Shown here in pieces: positions 51,946 to 64,000 of a stretch of 64,000 nucleotides of DNA. Numbering within the stretch: position 1 is the stretch's first letter; every line of letters starts with the position of its first letter. The notes under the pieces were generated by a model, which saw nothing but the letters and a program-made list of their open reading frames with translations, had not been told where the DNA came from and searched no databases. Where the stretch lies: NCBI RefSeq assembly GCF_963921235.1, contig NC_086097.1:105278001-105342000 (forward strand), written 5' to 3'. The translations under genes were made by a program, and so were the position numbers. The stretch comes from Mobula hypostoma. Taxonomy: Eukaryota.

Positions 51946-53635
51946 TATTAAATATCTCTGCTAGGGCCCTGGCAATTTCCAGTAGGGATCGAGGGAACAC
52001 CTTGTTTGACAACAGGAATTCTGCAGATGCTGGAAATTCAAGTAACACACATCAAAGTTGCTGGTGAACGCAGCAGGTCAGGCAGCATCTCTAGGAAGAG
52101 GTACCTTCGACGTTTCAGGCCAAGACCCTTCGTCAGGACTAACTGAAGGAAGAGTTAGTAAGAGATTTGAGAGGGGGAGGGGGAGATCCAAAATGATAGG
52201 AGAAGACAGGAGGGGGAGCGATGGAGCCAAGAGCTGGACAGGTGATTGGCAAAGGGGATATGAGAGGATCATGGGACAGGAGGCCCAGGGAGAAAGACAA
52301 AGGGGGGGGGGAGAACCCAGAGGATGGGCAAGGGGTATAGTCAGAGGGACAGAGGGAGAAAAAAGAGAGAGAGAGAAAGAATGTGTGTATAAAAATAAAT
52401 AACGGATGGGGTACGAAGGGGAGGTGGGGCATTAGCGGAAGTTAGAGAAGTCAATGTTCATGCCATCAGGTTGGAGGCTACCCAGACGGAATGTAAGGTG
52501 TTGTTCCTCCAACCTGAGTGTGGCTTCATCTTTACAGTAGAGGAGGCCGTGGATAGACATGTCAGAATGGGAATGGGATGTGGAATTAAAATGTGTGGCC
52601 ACTGGGAGATCATGCTTTCTCTGGCGGACAGAGCGTAGGTGTTCAGCAAAGCGGTCTCCCAGTCTGCGTCGGGTCTCGCCAATATATAGAAGGCCACATC
52701 GGGAGCACCGGACGCAGTATATCACCCCCGCCGACTCACAGGTGAAGTGTCGCCTCACCTGGAAGGACTGTCTGGGGCCCTGAATGGTGGTAAGGGAGGA
52801 AGTGTAAGGGCATGTGTAGCACTTGCTGCGCTTACAGGGCTAAGTGCCAGGAGGGAGATCAGTGGGGAGGGATGGGGGGTACAAATGGACAAGGGAGTCG
52901 CGTAGGGAGCGATCCTGGCTGAAAGCAGAGAGGGTTCCCCTGGTCCTCACCTACCACCCCACCAGCCTCCGGGTCCAACATATTATTCTCCGTAACTTCC
53001 GCCACCTTCAATGGGATCCCACCACTAAGCACATCTTTCCCTTCCCCCACCTCTACTTTCCGCAGGAATCGCTCCCTTCGCGACTCTCTTGTCCATTCAT
53101 CCCCCCCATCCCTCCCCACTGATCTCCCTCCTGGCACTTGTCCTTGTAAGCGGAGCAAGTGCTACACATGCCCTTACACTTCCTCCCTTACCACCATTCA
53201 GGGCCCCAGACAGTCCTTCCAGGTGAGGCGACACTTCACCTGTGAGTAGGCTGGGGTGATATACTGCATACGGTGCTGCCGATGTGGCCTTCTATATATT
53301 GGCGAGACCCGACGCAGACTGGGAGACCGCTTTGCTGAACACCTATGCTCCGTCCGCCAGAGAAAGCAGGATCTCCCAGTGGCCACACATTTTAATTTCA
53401 CATCGCATTCCCACTCTGACATGTCTATCCACGGCCTCCTCTAGTGTAAAGATGAAGCCACACTCAGGTTGGAGGAACAACACCTTATATTCCGTCTGGG
53501 TAGCCTCCAACCTGATGGCATGAACATCGACTTCTCTAACTTCCGCTAATGCCCCACCTCCCCCTCGTACCCCATCCATTATTTATTTTTATACACACAT
53601 TCTTTCTCTCACTCTCCTTTTTCTCCCTCTGACTA

Positions 53636-55412
53636 TAGAAACCATAGAAACTACAGCACAGAAACAGGCCTTTTGGCCCTTCTTGGCTGTGCCGAACCAT
53701 TTTCTGCCTAGTCCCACTGACCTGCACACGGACCATATCCCTCCATACACCTCCCATCCATGTATCTGTCCAATTTATTCTTAAATGTTAAAAAAGAACC
53801 CGCATTTACCACCTCGTCTGGCAGCTCATTCCATACTCCCACCACTCTCTGTGTGAAGAAGCCCCCCCTAATGTTCCCTTTAAACTTTTCCCACCTCACC
53901 CTAAACCCATGTCCTCCGGTTTTTTTCTCCCCTTGCCTCAGTGGAAAAAGCCTGCTTGCATTCACTCTATCTATACCCATCATAATTTTATATACCTCTA
54001 TCAAATCTCCCCTCATTCTTCTACGCTCCAGGGAATAAAGTCCCAACCTATTCAACCTTTCTCTGTAACTGAGTTTCTCAAGTCCCGGCAACATCCTTGT
54101 AAACCTTCTCTGCACTCTTTCAACCTTATTTATATCCTTCCTGTAATTTGGTGACCAAAACTGAACACAATACTCCAGATTCGGCCTCACCAATGCCTCA
54201 TACAACCTCATCATAACATTCCAGCTCTTATACTCAATACTTTGATTAATAAAGGCCAATGTACCAAAAGCTCTCTTTAGGACCCTATCTACTTGTGACG
54301 CCACTTTTAGGGAATTTTGTATCTGTATTCCCAGATCCCTCTGTTCCACTGCACTCCTCAGTGCCTTATCATTAACCCTGTATGTTCTATGTTGGTTTGT
54401 CCTTCCAACGTGCAATACCTCACACTTGTCAGTATTAAACTCCATCTGCCATTTTTTAACCCATTTTTCCAGCTGGTCCAAGTCCCTCTGCAGGCTCTGA
54501 AAACCTTCCTCACTGTCTACTACACCTCCAATCTTTGTATCATCAGCAAACTTGCTGATCCAATTTACCACATTATCATCCAGATCGATATAGATGACAA
54601 ATAACAATGGACCCAGCACTGATCCTTGTGGCACACCACTAATCACAGGCCTCCACTCAGAGAAGCAATTCTCTACCACCACTCTCTGGCTTCTTCCATC
54701 GAGCCAATGTCTAATCCAATTTACCACCTCTTCATGTATACCTAGCGACTGAATTTTCCTAACTAACCTCCCATGCGGGACCTTGTCAAAGGCCTTACTG
54801 AAGTCCATATAGACAATATCCACTGCCTTCCCTTCATCCACTTTCCTGGTAACCTCCTCGAAAAACTCCAATAGATTGGTCAAACATGACCTACCACGCA
54901 CAAAGCCATGTTGACTCTCCCTAATAAGTCCCAGTCTATCCAAATGCTTGTAGATTCTGTCTCTTAGTACTCCCTCCGATAACTTACCTACTACCGACGT
55001 TAAACTTACTGGCCTATAATTTCCCGGATTACTTTTCGATCCTTTTTTAAACAACGGAACAACACGAGCCACTCTCCAATCCTCCGGCACCTTACCTGTA
55101 GACAGCGACATTTTAAGTATTTCAGCCAGGGCCCCTGCAATTTCAACACTAGTCTCCTTCAAGGTCCGAGGGAACACCCTGTCAGGTCCCGGGGATTTAT
55201 CCACTTTAATTTTCCTCAAGACAGCAAGGACCTCCTCCTTTTCGATCTGTACAGTTTCCATGATCTCACTACTTGTTTCCCTTAATTCCATAGACTTCAT
55301 GCCAGTTTCCTTAGTAAACACAGACGCAAAAAAACCTATTTAAGATCTCCCCCATTTCCTTTGGTTCCGCACATAGCCGACCACTCTGATCTTCAAGAGG
55401 ACCAATTTTATC
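53636..55412 (-). mobile_element. Young 5'-truncated CR1 (537 aa open RT frame)
   Basis: ORF 53708-55321 with complete CR1 RT motifs; splits the PLE sequence ctctgactata|ccccttgcccatcc. Confidence 0.95.
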
Positions 55413-55616
55413 CCCTTGCCCCTTGCCCATCCTCTGGGTTCCCCCCCCACTTTGTCTTTCTCCCCGGACCTCCTGTCCCATGATCCTCTCATATACCCTT
55501 TGCCAATCACCTGTCCAGCTCTTGGCTCCATCCCTCCCCCTCCTGTCTTCTCCTATCATTTTGGATCTCCCCCTCCCCCTCCCACTTTCTAATCTCTTAC
55601 TAACTCTTCCTTCAGT

Positions 55617-55654
55617 TAGTCCTGACGAAGGGTCTCGGCCTGAAACGTCGACTG
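55617..55654 (+). ncRNA. Minimal type I hammerhead ribozyme motif (best-preserved copy)
   Basis: TAGTC-CTGACGA-AGGGTCTCGGCCT-GAAAC-GTC-GACTG: intact core, short stem II, palindromic ACGT in place of stem III, stem I TAGTC/GACTG; predicted cleavage after C55649. Confidence 0.75.
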
Positions 55655-56039
55655 TACCTCTTCCTAGAGATGCTGCCTGGCCTGCTGCATTCACCAGCAA
55701 TTTTGATGTGTGTTACCTTGTTTGACCCTGGGAATTTATCCACCCTGATTTGCCTCAGGACAGCAAACACCTCCTCCTCTGTAATCTATAGAGTCCATGA
55801 AGTGGATGCCACTTTGCCTCACTTCTTTGACCAATGATACTCTGTGTTTATTTCTTGAGTAAATACAGACGCGAAAAAATCATCAAGGAAAGGAAGATCG
55901 AAGGCTGGCAGGACAGGACCAACAAATTGAACTTGTTTTCTCAACAGGTTCAGCGTGGGACTTTCTGCTGTCCCCTCCCCCACTTGCCCAAACCACACAT
56001 CCTCCCTGCACCCTGAAGCCTTCTCCCTCCACCCCTCCC

Positions 56040-58770
56040 TTCCCCTGGTGAGATCTTGTGTTCCAAACCCCGAACTTTGGAATATCCTGTCTCCCTGGGG
56101 ATGACCATTCTCCCCCAGTTGACTATGACTGCAGGACAGGTTAAGAGACAGCTGGAAAGACTACATCAAGGCAAGGCTGCTGGACCGGACGGTATCAGCC
56201 CCAGGGTACTGAAAGCCTGTGTAAGCCAGCTGTCTGGTATTTTACAGCACCTTTACAATCTGAGTCTGAGTCAGAAAAAGATATTGGTGCACTAGAAGAC
56301 TTCCTGCCAGATTCATATCTCCAAGAAGGTGACTCCATCTGAACTTAATGATTACAGACCAATTGCTCACACACTTCATGTGATGAAGGTGCTGGAGAGG
56401 CTGGTCCCGACTTACTTTGGACCACAGGTGAGATCTTCAATGGACCCTCTACAGTTTGCCTGCCAACCTCATGTGGGAGTGGATGATGCTGAATTGAGAG
56501 AATCACATTTTTTGATTTCTCTAGTGCCTTCAATACAATCCAGCCACATCTTCTGAGCAAGAAACTGCAAAGAATGGGAGTAGACAAAACCACTTTCTCC
56601 TGGATTACTAACTACCTGATAGATAGACCCCAGTTTGTACTGCTGGGTATTTCTCTGTCTGAGATGGTGGTGAGTGGCACTGGAGTCCCACAAGGGATTG
56701 TCCTGTCTCTGCTTCTGTTTGCACTACACCTCAGAGCGTCAGTACAACTCTGAGTCTTGTCACGCAGAAGTTCTCTGATGACTCTGCACTGTTTGGGTGT
56801 ATCAGAGATGGGCAGGAGTCGGAGTACAGAGTACTGGTGGACAAGTTTGTGGAGTGGTGAGGGAGGGATCACCAGCTCCTGAATGTGGACAAAACCAGGG
56901 AGGTCGTGATTGATTTTAGGGGGAAGAGGACTGCGATGAGTCCTGTATACATTCTGGGAGAAGAAGTTGTAGTAGGGGAGTACAAACACTCGACAACAGA
57001 CTTGACTGGAAAACCCACACCACGACTGTTTGCGATAAGGAGATGAGCAGATTCTATTTTCTAAGGAAGCTGGGATCCTTCAATGTGTGCAGCAGGATGT
57101 TGGAGATCTTTTACCAGTCTGTTGTAGCGAGAGCAGTCTTCTTTGCCGCTTTATGTTGAGGGAGCAGCATTGGTGCTCGTGATGCAAAAAGACTAAATAA
57201 ACTCATCAAAACTGTCACTGCTTGGCCTTAGCACTGCCATGTGTCGCTGGATTCTGGATTTCTTGACAGAGAGACCACAGTCAGTCCGTGTTGGCAGGAA
57301 CATCTCTGACTCCATCACACTGAGCACTAGATCCCCACAAGGCTGTGTGCTTAGCCTATTGTTGTTTACACTGCTAACACATGACTGTGCAGCCAGATTC
57401 AAGGAGAACCTGATCATTAAATTTGCAGATGATACCACAGTGGTGGGGCTCATCAGCAAAAATAATGAAACTATGTACAGGGAGGAGGTCAAACACCTAG
57501 AGAGCTGGTGCAGGGATAACAACTTGATGCTTAATGTCACCAAAACCAAGGAGATGATCGTTGATTTCAGACGGTCTCAGCCTGAGCTCACACCCCTCAG
57601 CATCAGCGGCTCCACAGTGGAGACAGTGGAAAACATCAAGTTCCTTGGGGTGCAGATCTCGGACAATCTCACCTGGTCCAGGAACACCACTGGGATTGTG
57701 AAATGGGCCCAGCAGAGATTGCACTTTCTGAGGAAGCTTAAACAAGCGTCACTCCCCACTAACATCTTAACTACATTCTACAGAGGCGTGTTTGAGAATG
57801 TGCTGACCTTTTGCATCACAACCTGGTACTCCAGCTGCAGTGCTGTTGACAAAAATGCCTTGCAGAGGGTGGTTAGGGGAGAAGAGAAGGTTATTGGGGT
57901 CTCTCTACCTTCTGTCCAAGACCTCTTTCAGAGTCGATGCCTCCAGAAGACATGGTACATCATTAAAGACCCCTCACACCCTCTCCATGAACTGTTTGTT
58001 CTTCTGCCATCAGGCAAACATTACACGAGCATCAAAACTAAAACCACAAGGCTACTAAACAGCTTCCTCCCACAGGCAGTCAGACTGCTAAATAGCTGCT
58101 CCACCTGACTCTGCTTTAGACATTTTTAACTTGCACTGGACACTTATAACTGATTTTAACTGACATGTGGCTGTTGTGTTTTACTATTTATTGTTATGTT
58201 TATTATTTAATGTTGCGTTTGTTATGTTATGATTGCACTGCCCCTGAGGTACGCTGTCTCATTCTGCCCTGCAGTGCTGATGTATGGTTAGAATGACAAT
58301 AAAGTTTTTTGAATCTTTTGAATCTTGAATCTTGAATCTTGAAAAAGGCTGGATCCGTCCTTAGCTACAACCCAGACTCTTTTGAGTTGGTGGTCGAGAG
58401 GAGATCACTAAACAAACTGTTATCCATCCAATTATGGACAATCTGGCACATCCTCTCCATGACCTACTGAATAAGCAGTGGAGCACCCTTTTGAACAGGC
58501 TCATTTTGCTCCAAGGATTGTTACAGAAAATCTTCCCTACCAAATGCAATAAGCATATACAATAGTTCATCTCTGTGCGACAGGAGAACACACATCATAG
58601 TACAATAGTCTCTGTTTTATTATTTCGTACATTATAGCACATTGGTAAATTGTATATATTATTATTCTGTATTTTATTATTAATATTTATTATTATTGCG
58701 AAGTGTGTGTTTTAAATGTTGCTGCTGTAATGAAATAATTTCCCACTTGGGATCAATAAAGTAATTATTA
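56040..58770 (+). mobile_element. Degenerate Rex1/Babar-like LINE with a second Rex-like copy nested inside
   Basis: KAAGPDGISPRVLK, NDYRPIA, MDPLQFA; resumes at 58342; AATAAA and (att)n tail ~58755. Confidence 0.8.
57212..58341 (+). mobile_element. 5'-truncated Rex1/Babar-like LINE
   Basis: ORF 57239-58108 [32 protein letters not shown] and (gaatctt)n tail. Confidence 0.9.
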
Positions 58771-59348
58771 TTATGGGTCCACACATGGATTACCATTCTG
58801 GTATTCAATAAGGAATCCTTTTGCTCTTAGCTTACCTGTAGAATCTCTTAGGATTCCCCTTCACCTTGTCTGCGAAAGTAACCTCATGCTTTCTTTTAGC
58901 CCTCTTGATTTATTTCTTTTGTTCTCTTGCATTTCTTATACTCCACAAGCACCTCATTTGTTTCTACCTGCCTATACCTACTATGCACTTTTTTTTCTTA
59001 ACCAGGGTCTCAATATCTCCTGAAAACTACTTGTTATCTTTACCTTTTACACTGACAGGCACATTCAAGCTTTGTACTCTCAAGATCTCACTTTTGAAGG
59101 CCTCTTGCCAGAAAACAGCCTGTCCTAATTCTCACTTTCCATATCCTTTCTGATACCATTAAAATTGCCCTTTCTCCAATTTAGAATCTCAAACCACAGC
59201 TGTGACCCATCTTTTTCAATATTTACTTTGAAACTAATGGCATTGTGATCACCAGATGCAAAGTGTCCCCTACTCAAACTTCTGTCACCTGCTCTGTCTC
59301 ATTTCCCAATATTGCACACTCTGTCACTGGAGCTTCTATGTACTGATT

Positions 59349-59706
59349 TTTTTTCCATTTTTAAATCTTTTTATTAATTATTATTGAAAATCAACAACAA
59401 AAAATACATTAAAATAATCAGTCCACATATCAATATGTATCAGAGTTAAACTATCAAACAGTAAATCAATATTAATCCAAAAAACAATGTTAAAGCTAAT
59501 TTTTTTGAAAAAAGGAAAAAAGAACCTCTACTAACTAAAACAAAAAAAAACCCTACTGACAAAAGAAAAAAGAGGGAAAAAAAACCATTTGGAGCACAAA
59601 CCCGGAGCTATATCCCATACAAGCTTCCATAAAAAAAAGACATCAATCCGCCAATCAATTCCATTTACCCAAGAATCAGAAGGGGACCATCTTAATTAAC
59701 TCAAAA
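59349..59706 (-). mobile_element. Poly(A)-tailed L1-type 3' fragment
   Basis: T-run at the left end, AATAAA on the minus strand, 8 bp TSD tactgatt (59341-59348, 59707-59714). Confidence 0.65.
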
Positions 59707-61052
59707 TACTGATTAAGAAAACTTCCCCGAATACATTTGACAAACTCTGTCCCATCTAGTCCTTTTACAGTATGGGAGTCCCAGTCAATATGTGGAAAGT
59801 TAGAATCACTTGTATTATAAAACCTTATGTTTCTTGCAACAATCTGCAATTTCTCTATAAATTTGTTCCCCTAAATCCCACAAACTGTTGGTGGTCTGTA
59901 ATATAACCCCATTAACGTGGCCATACCTTTCTGATCCCTCAGTTCCACCCATATTGCCTCACTGGACGAGTTTTCCAGTCAGGCCTGACTGAGAACTGCC
60001 ATGACATTTTCCCTGAACCCTGACTAATAATGCCATCCCTCTTCCTTTAATCCCTCCAACTCTGTCACATCTAAAACAATGGAACTCCAGTATATTAAGC
60101 TGCCAGACCTGCCCCTTCTGCAACCAAGTTTCACTAAAGGCTACAATATCATAATTCCAGGTGTTGGTCCATGCCCTGAGCTCATCTGCCTTTCCTGCAA
60201 TACTTGCTGTGTTGAAATATACGCAGCTCAGGACATTAGTTGCACCATGCTCAAGCTTTTGGTTCCCAACTTTGTCTGAGGTCTTACCAACATCTGTCTC
60301 CACAACCTCTCCACTAATTGTTCTGGCATTCTGGTTCCCATCCCCCCTGCAACTCTACTTTAAACTGTCCCATGCAGCAAAAGCAAACCTTCCCAATAGG
60401 ATATTAGTCTCTTTGTAGTTCAGGGCAAACCATCTCTTCCTTCTAGATCCCACCTTCCCTGGAAGAGAGCCCAATGATCCAAAAATCTTATGCTTCCCCC
60501 TACACTAAATCCTTAGCCATGTGTTAAACTGTATAATCTTCCTAGTTCCAGCCTCACTAGCATGTGGCATGGGTGGTAATCCTGAGATCACAACCCTGGA
60601 GGTCCTCCCCTTTAACTTAGCACCTAACTTGCTGAACTTATTTTACAGAACCTCCTCGTCACTTTAACTACCTATGTCATTGGTACCAGATGGTCCACAA
60701 CCTCTGGCTGTTCACCCTCTCACTTAAGAATGCTGAGGACGCAACTGGCGATATCCTGGACCCTGGCACCATATCATCTGGGAATCTCATCATTCACAGA
60801 ACCTCCATTCTGTTCCCGTAACTAATGAATCCCGTATCACCACAGCCAGCCTGTTCTTTCCCTTCCCTTCTGAGTATCAGAGTCAGGCTCAGTGCCAGGC
60901 TGTGACTTTCCTCTGCTAGGTCATTCCCCAATAGTATTCTCCATTAACCCCTTGATTCCCCTAATCCAAAAAATTTCTGTGATAAGACTGAATCAAACAG
61001 TCAAAGAATTTTAAGAATTTGCTATTCTGTTCTCCACTTTAAACAGCAGAAA

Positions 61053-61932
61053 GATGAGAAAATCTGCAGATGCTGAAAATCCAAGCAACAAACACTAAAT
61101 GCTGGAGGAACTCAGCAGGCCAGCCAGTAACTATGGAAATGAATAAACAGTTGACATTTCAGGCCGAGACTCTTCATCAGGACTGGAGAAAAAAGATGAG
61201 AAGTTAGAGCAAGGTGGGAGGGGAGGAATAAGTACTAGGTAGTAGGTGATACGTGAAACTGGGGGGCAGGGTGGTGGAAGAGTGAAGCAAAGAGCTGGGA
61301 AATTGGTTGGTGAAAGAGATAAAGGGGTGGAGAAGGAGGAATCTAATAGGAGAGGACAGAAGGAGAAAAGAGGGGAAGGAGCACCAGAGGCAGGTGATGG
61401 GCAGGTAAGGAGATAAGGTGAGAGAGGGAAACGGGAATGGGGGAATGGTAAAGAGAGAGGGCAATTACCGGAAGTCTGAGAAATCAATGTTCATGCTATC
61501 AGGTTGGAGGCTACCCAGAAGTAATATTTAGTTGGAAGTTCTGTCTGGGTAGCCTCCAATGTGATGGCATGAACATCCATTTCTGGTATTTACCCCCCCC
61601 CCTTCATTCCCATTCCCGTTTCCTTCTCTCATCTTATCTCCTTACCTGCCCAACACTTCCCTCTGGTGCTCCTCCTTTCTTTTCTTCAATGGTCTTCTGT
61701 CAGCCTCCCCCTTCTCCAGCCCTTTATCTCTTTCACCAATCAACTTCCCCCCTCCCAGTTTCAGCTATCACCTGCCATCTTGTACTACTTCCTTCCTCCA
61801 TCATCTTGCTCTAACTTCTCATCTTTTTTCCCCAGTCCTGATGAAGGGTTTCGACCCAAAACGTCGACTGTTTACTCTTTTCCATAGATGCTACCTGGGC
61901 TGTGTTCCTCCAGTGTTTCTGTTTGTTGCTCC
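61053..61932. mobile_element. Non-coding fold-back Penelope-derived element with terminal hammerhead motifs
   Basis: Inverted arms ~61095-61520 and ~61543-61930; hammerhead motifs 61148-61185 (-) and 61833-61870 (+); 11 bp TSD aacagcagaaa (61042-61052, 61933-61943). Confidence 0.85.
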
Positions 61933-62319
61933 AACAGCAGAAATTGACTTCTGATTCTAGACATTCCCCCCAACCCCTACCCCCACCCTTGATCAAGTGA
62001 AATATCATCCCTGTATCAGCTTCAGCCTCTGTCAGAATTCCCTATGTCATTAGCTTGCATTAAACTGTACATAGACTCCTGCTTACTTTTCCTTCATAGG
62101 AATGAACCTGATAATCCTTCGCAGTCCCTCGATCTATATCCTTCCTTTGGTTGTCAATTATTCCTGCACTGAGTACTCCACATGTTGTCCCAGTGCCTGT
62201 ATATAACTAGCACAGCGTCTATTGGATGGAAATTCTTTGATAAATGTCAACCAAGTGCCTTCCTAAATTCTTGCTGACCTGCATGTTATCTTTAGGTGAT
62301 TCTTGTTTAAAGGCATCTC

Positions 62320-63125
62320 TGCAGAATGGTATAGCATAGGAACCGGCCCTTCGGCTCACAATGTTGTGCTGAACCAAATGATCAAATGAACCCCTCTGCC
62401 CATATCCTTTCATTTTCCTCACATTCATGTCCCTATCCAAATGTCACTTAAAAGTCTCTAACGTATCTGCCTCTACCACCACCCCAAGCACCCATCATTC
62501 GGTGTAAAAAAAAACACCTTGCCACTCAAATTACACAGTCTGGTTTTAGACATTTCAACCCTGGGAAAAAGATACTGACTGTCTACTTTATCTGTGCCTC
62601 TCAATCTTATAAACCAGCAAATAGATGATCTCTCAGCCTCCACTGCTCTAGAAAAAAAATCATTTGTCTAACCTCTTGTTATAGCACACGCTCTCCAGGC
62701 AGCATCTTATTAAACCTCTTCTGCACCCTCACCAAAGCCTTGATGTCCTCCCTGTAATGGGGCAACTAGAAATGTATGCAATACTCCAGATGCGGCCTAA
62801 CAAGTTTGTAAAGCTGCAAAATTGCTGTCTTTTGAACCCAGTGTCTTGCTAATAAAGACAAGCATGCCATATGCCTTCTCAACCACCCTATCAACCTGAA
62901 CTACTTTCAGGGAGCTACGAACTTGAACACCAAGATCCCTCTGATCATCAACAATGTTAAGGGTCTTACCCTTAACAGCGTACTGTCTCTTGACATTTGA
63001 CCTACCAAGGTGCCACATTTCACATTTGGCCAGGTTAAACTCCATCTACCATTTCTGCACCCATATCTACAACTGGGCTACGTCCCATTGGTATTCTTTG
63101 CCGGTCTTCTACACTATCCAATGAC
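62320..63125 (-). mobile_element. Degenerate CR1 3' fragment
   Basis: MEFNLAKCEMWHLGRSN...QRDLGVQV. Confidence 0.8.
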
Positions 63126-64000
63126 CCCTGTACTATGGTGCTCTGGTCAGTTTGCTGATCTTTTCTGCAGTTACTCCCCTTTCCCTTCTTACTGATAAAT
63201 TCTGCACTGTCAGAACATGGTGTCAGGGTAACTTCCTCTTCCCTTTTTCATTTCAGTGATCGAATCCTGGAGTCCAACTCATCAACTCTGGGTTCCTTGA
63301 GTTGCAGACACTTGCAACAGATGTTGACTTCATAGATCCCAATAGTTGTCAGCACACTGATACTGTGACTTCTACACACCAGCTATCTTGCCATCACAAA
63401 ATTAATTTAAATTATTACTTAATTATTTAGATGTAAAGTCCCTGACCTCCAGAATCCACAATTTGCATACTGCACGGTGTGCCAAAACTCGATCTCTCAG
63501 TGTACGTTTTCCATTTCAATATTGTTTGGAATGTTCCTGTTGAAACTGCTTCCACAATCCAATAATAAGATCATCAAATTATAACAGTTCTCTCCAATAA
63601 TAAGATCGCCTCTTTCTGATGATTCAGTTGATTATCTTTGATTTGTAGATTGCCAATCCCCCAGTCAAGAAATTTCTCCTTTATCAGAATCTGGTGTAGG
63701 ATTCGAAAACCACAGGCCATTAATATTGCATACTTCAGTGATAATCCAACAAGGTATCGCTGAGTATCAGAGCAGATGGGATGTGGAACTCTCTACTACA
63801 AGGGTGTTGCACATCAATGGGTGCTAGATATATATATTTGACAAAGTTCGGACAGGACAATATGCTGATTGGATGAACAAAGGCATTAACATTTAATTTG
63901 GGTTCTCATCTGTTCAGGTGAAAATTAAATGTTTCAATTGATGTGTGTTTAATAGAACTCCAGTGTATCAAACAGTAATCTTCCATATATCAACCACAGC

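Larger units (their letters stand above)
52011..55714. mobile_element. Fold-back Penelope-like insertion (two inverted GIY-YIG plus 3' arms), right arm split by a CR1
   Basis: GIY-YIG ORF 52432-52758 (-) mirrored at 53219-53548 (+); 3' arm resumes at ~55413-55714; 12 bp TSD accttgtttgac at 51999-52010 and 55715-55726. Confidence 0.9.
47560..60930 (-). mobile_element. Old near-full-length CR1 acting as host for several nested insertions
   Basis: Collinear CR1 pieces at 47560-48945, 51950-52010, 55715-55880, 58775-59348 and 59707-60930 (EN start LSCVYFNTASI at 59959-60303). Confidence 0.75.

Noticed and set aside
63860..63890. Possible next SNAP23 exon (ttggatgaacaaagg, LDEQ)
   Set aside because: In-frame stop nearby, no proper acceptor or donor, lies in a decayed LINE tail

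Overview
Eukaryotic, repeat-dense vertebrate DNA, most likely from a cartilaginous fish (inferred from the CR1/Rex/Penelope/Tc1 repeat mix). A CpG-rich bidirectional promoter at ~25.5-25.7 kb drives SNAP23 on the + strand: non-coding exon 1, then coding exons MAEMSAQDLQHRANQVTDE and SLESTRRMLQLAEE, with the rest of the gene apparently beyond the window. It also drives an unidentified spliced transcript on the - strand. Nearly everything else is intronic transposon sequence, often deeply nested: CR1 LINEs, Rex1/Babar-like LINEs, a Tx1/L1-clade LINE, two TA-flanked Tc1 transposons, a solo Gypsy-type LTR and a broken tRNA-His-primed endogenous retrovirus. The most notable features are (1) four fold-back Penelope-like insertions with a hammerhead-ribozyme motif in each arm and 11-15 bp target-site duplications, (2) the His-PBS ERV whose LTR is split by LINEs, and (3) a G-rich minisatellite amplified from a CR1 endonuclease segment. 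Boundaries of old repeats are approximate and were assigned by eye; no searches were run.
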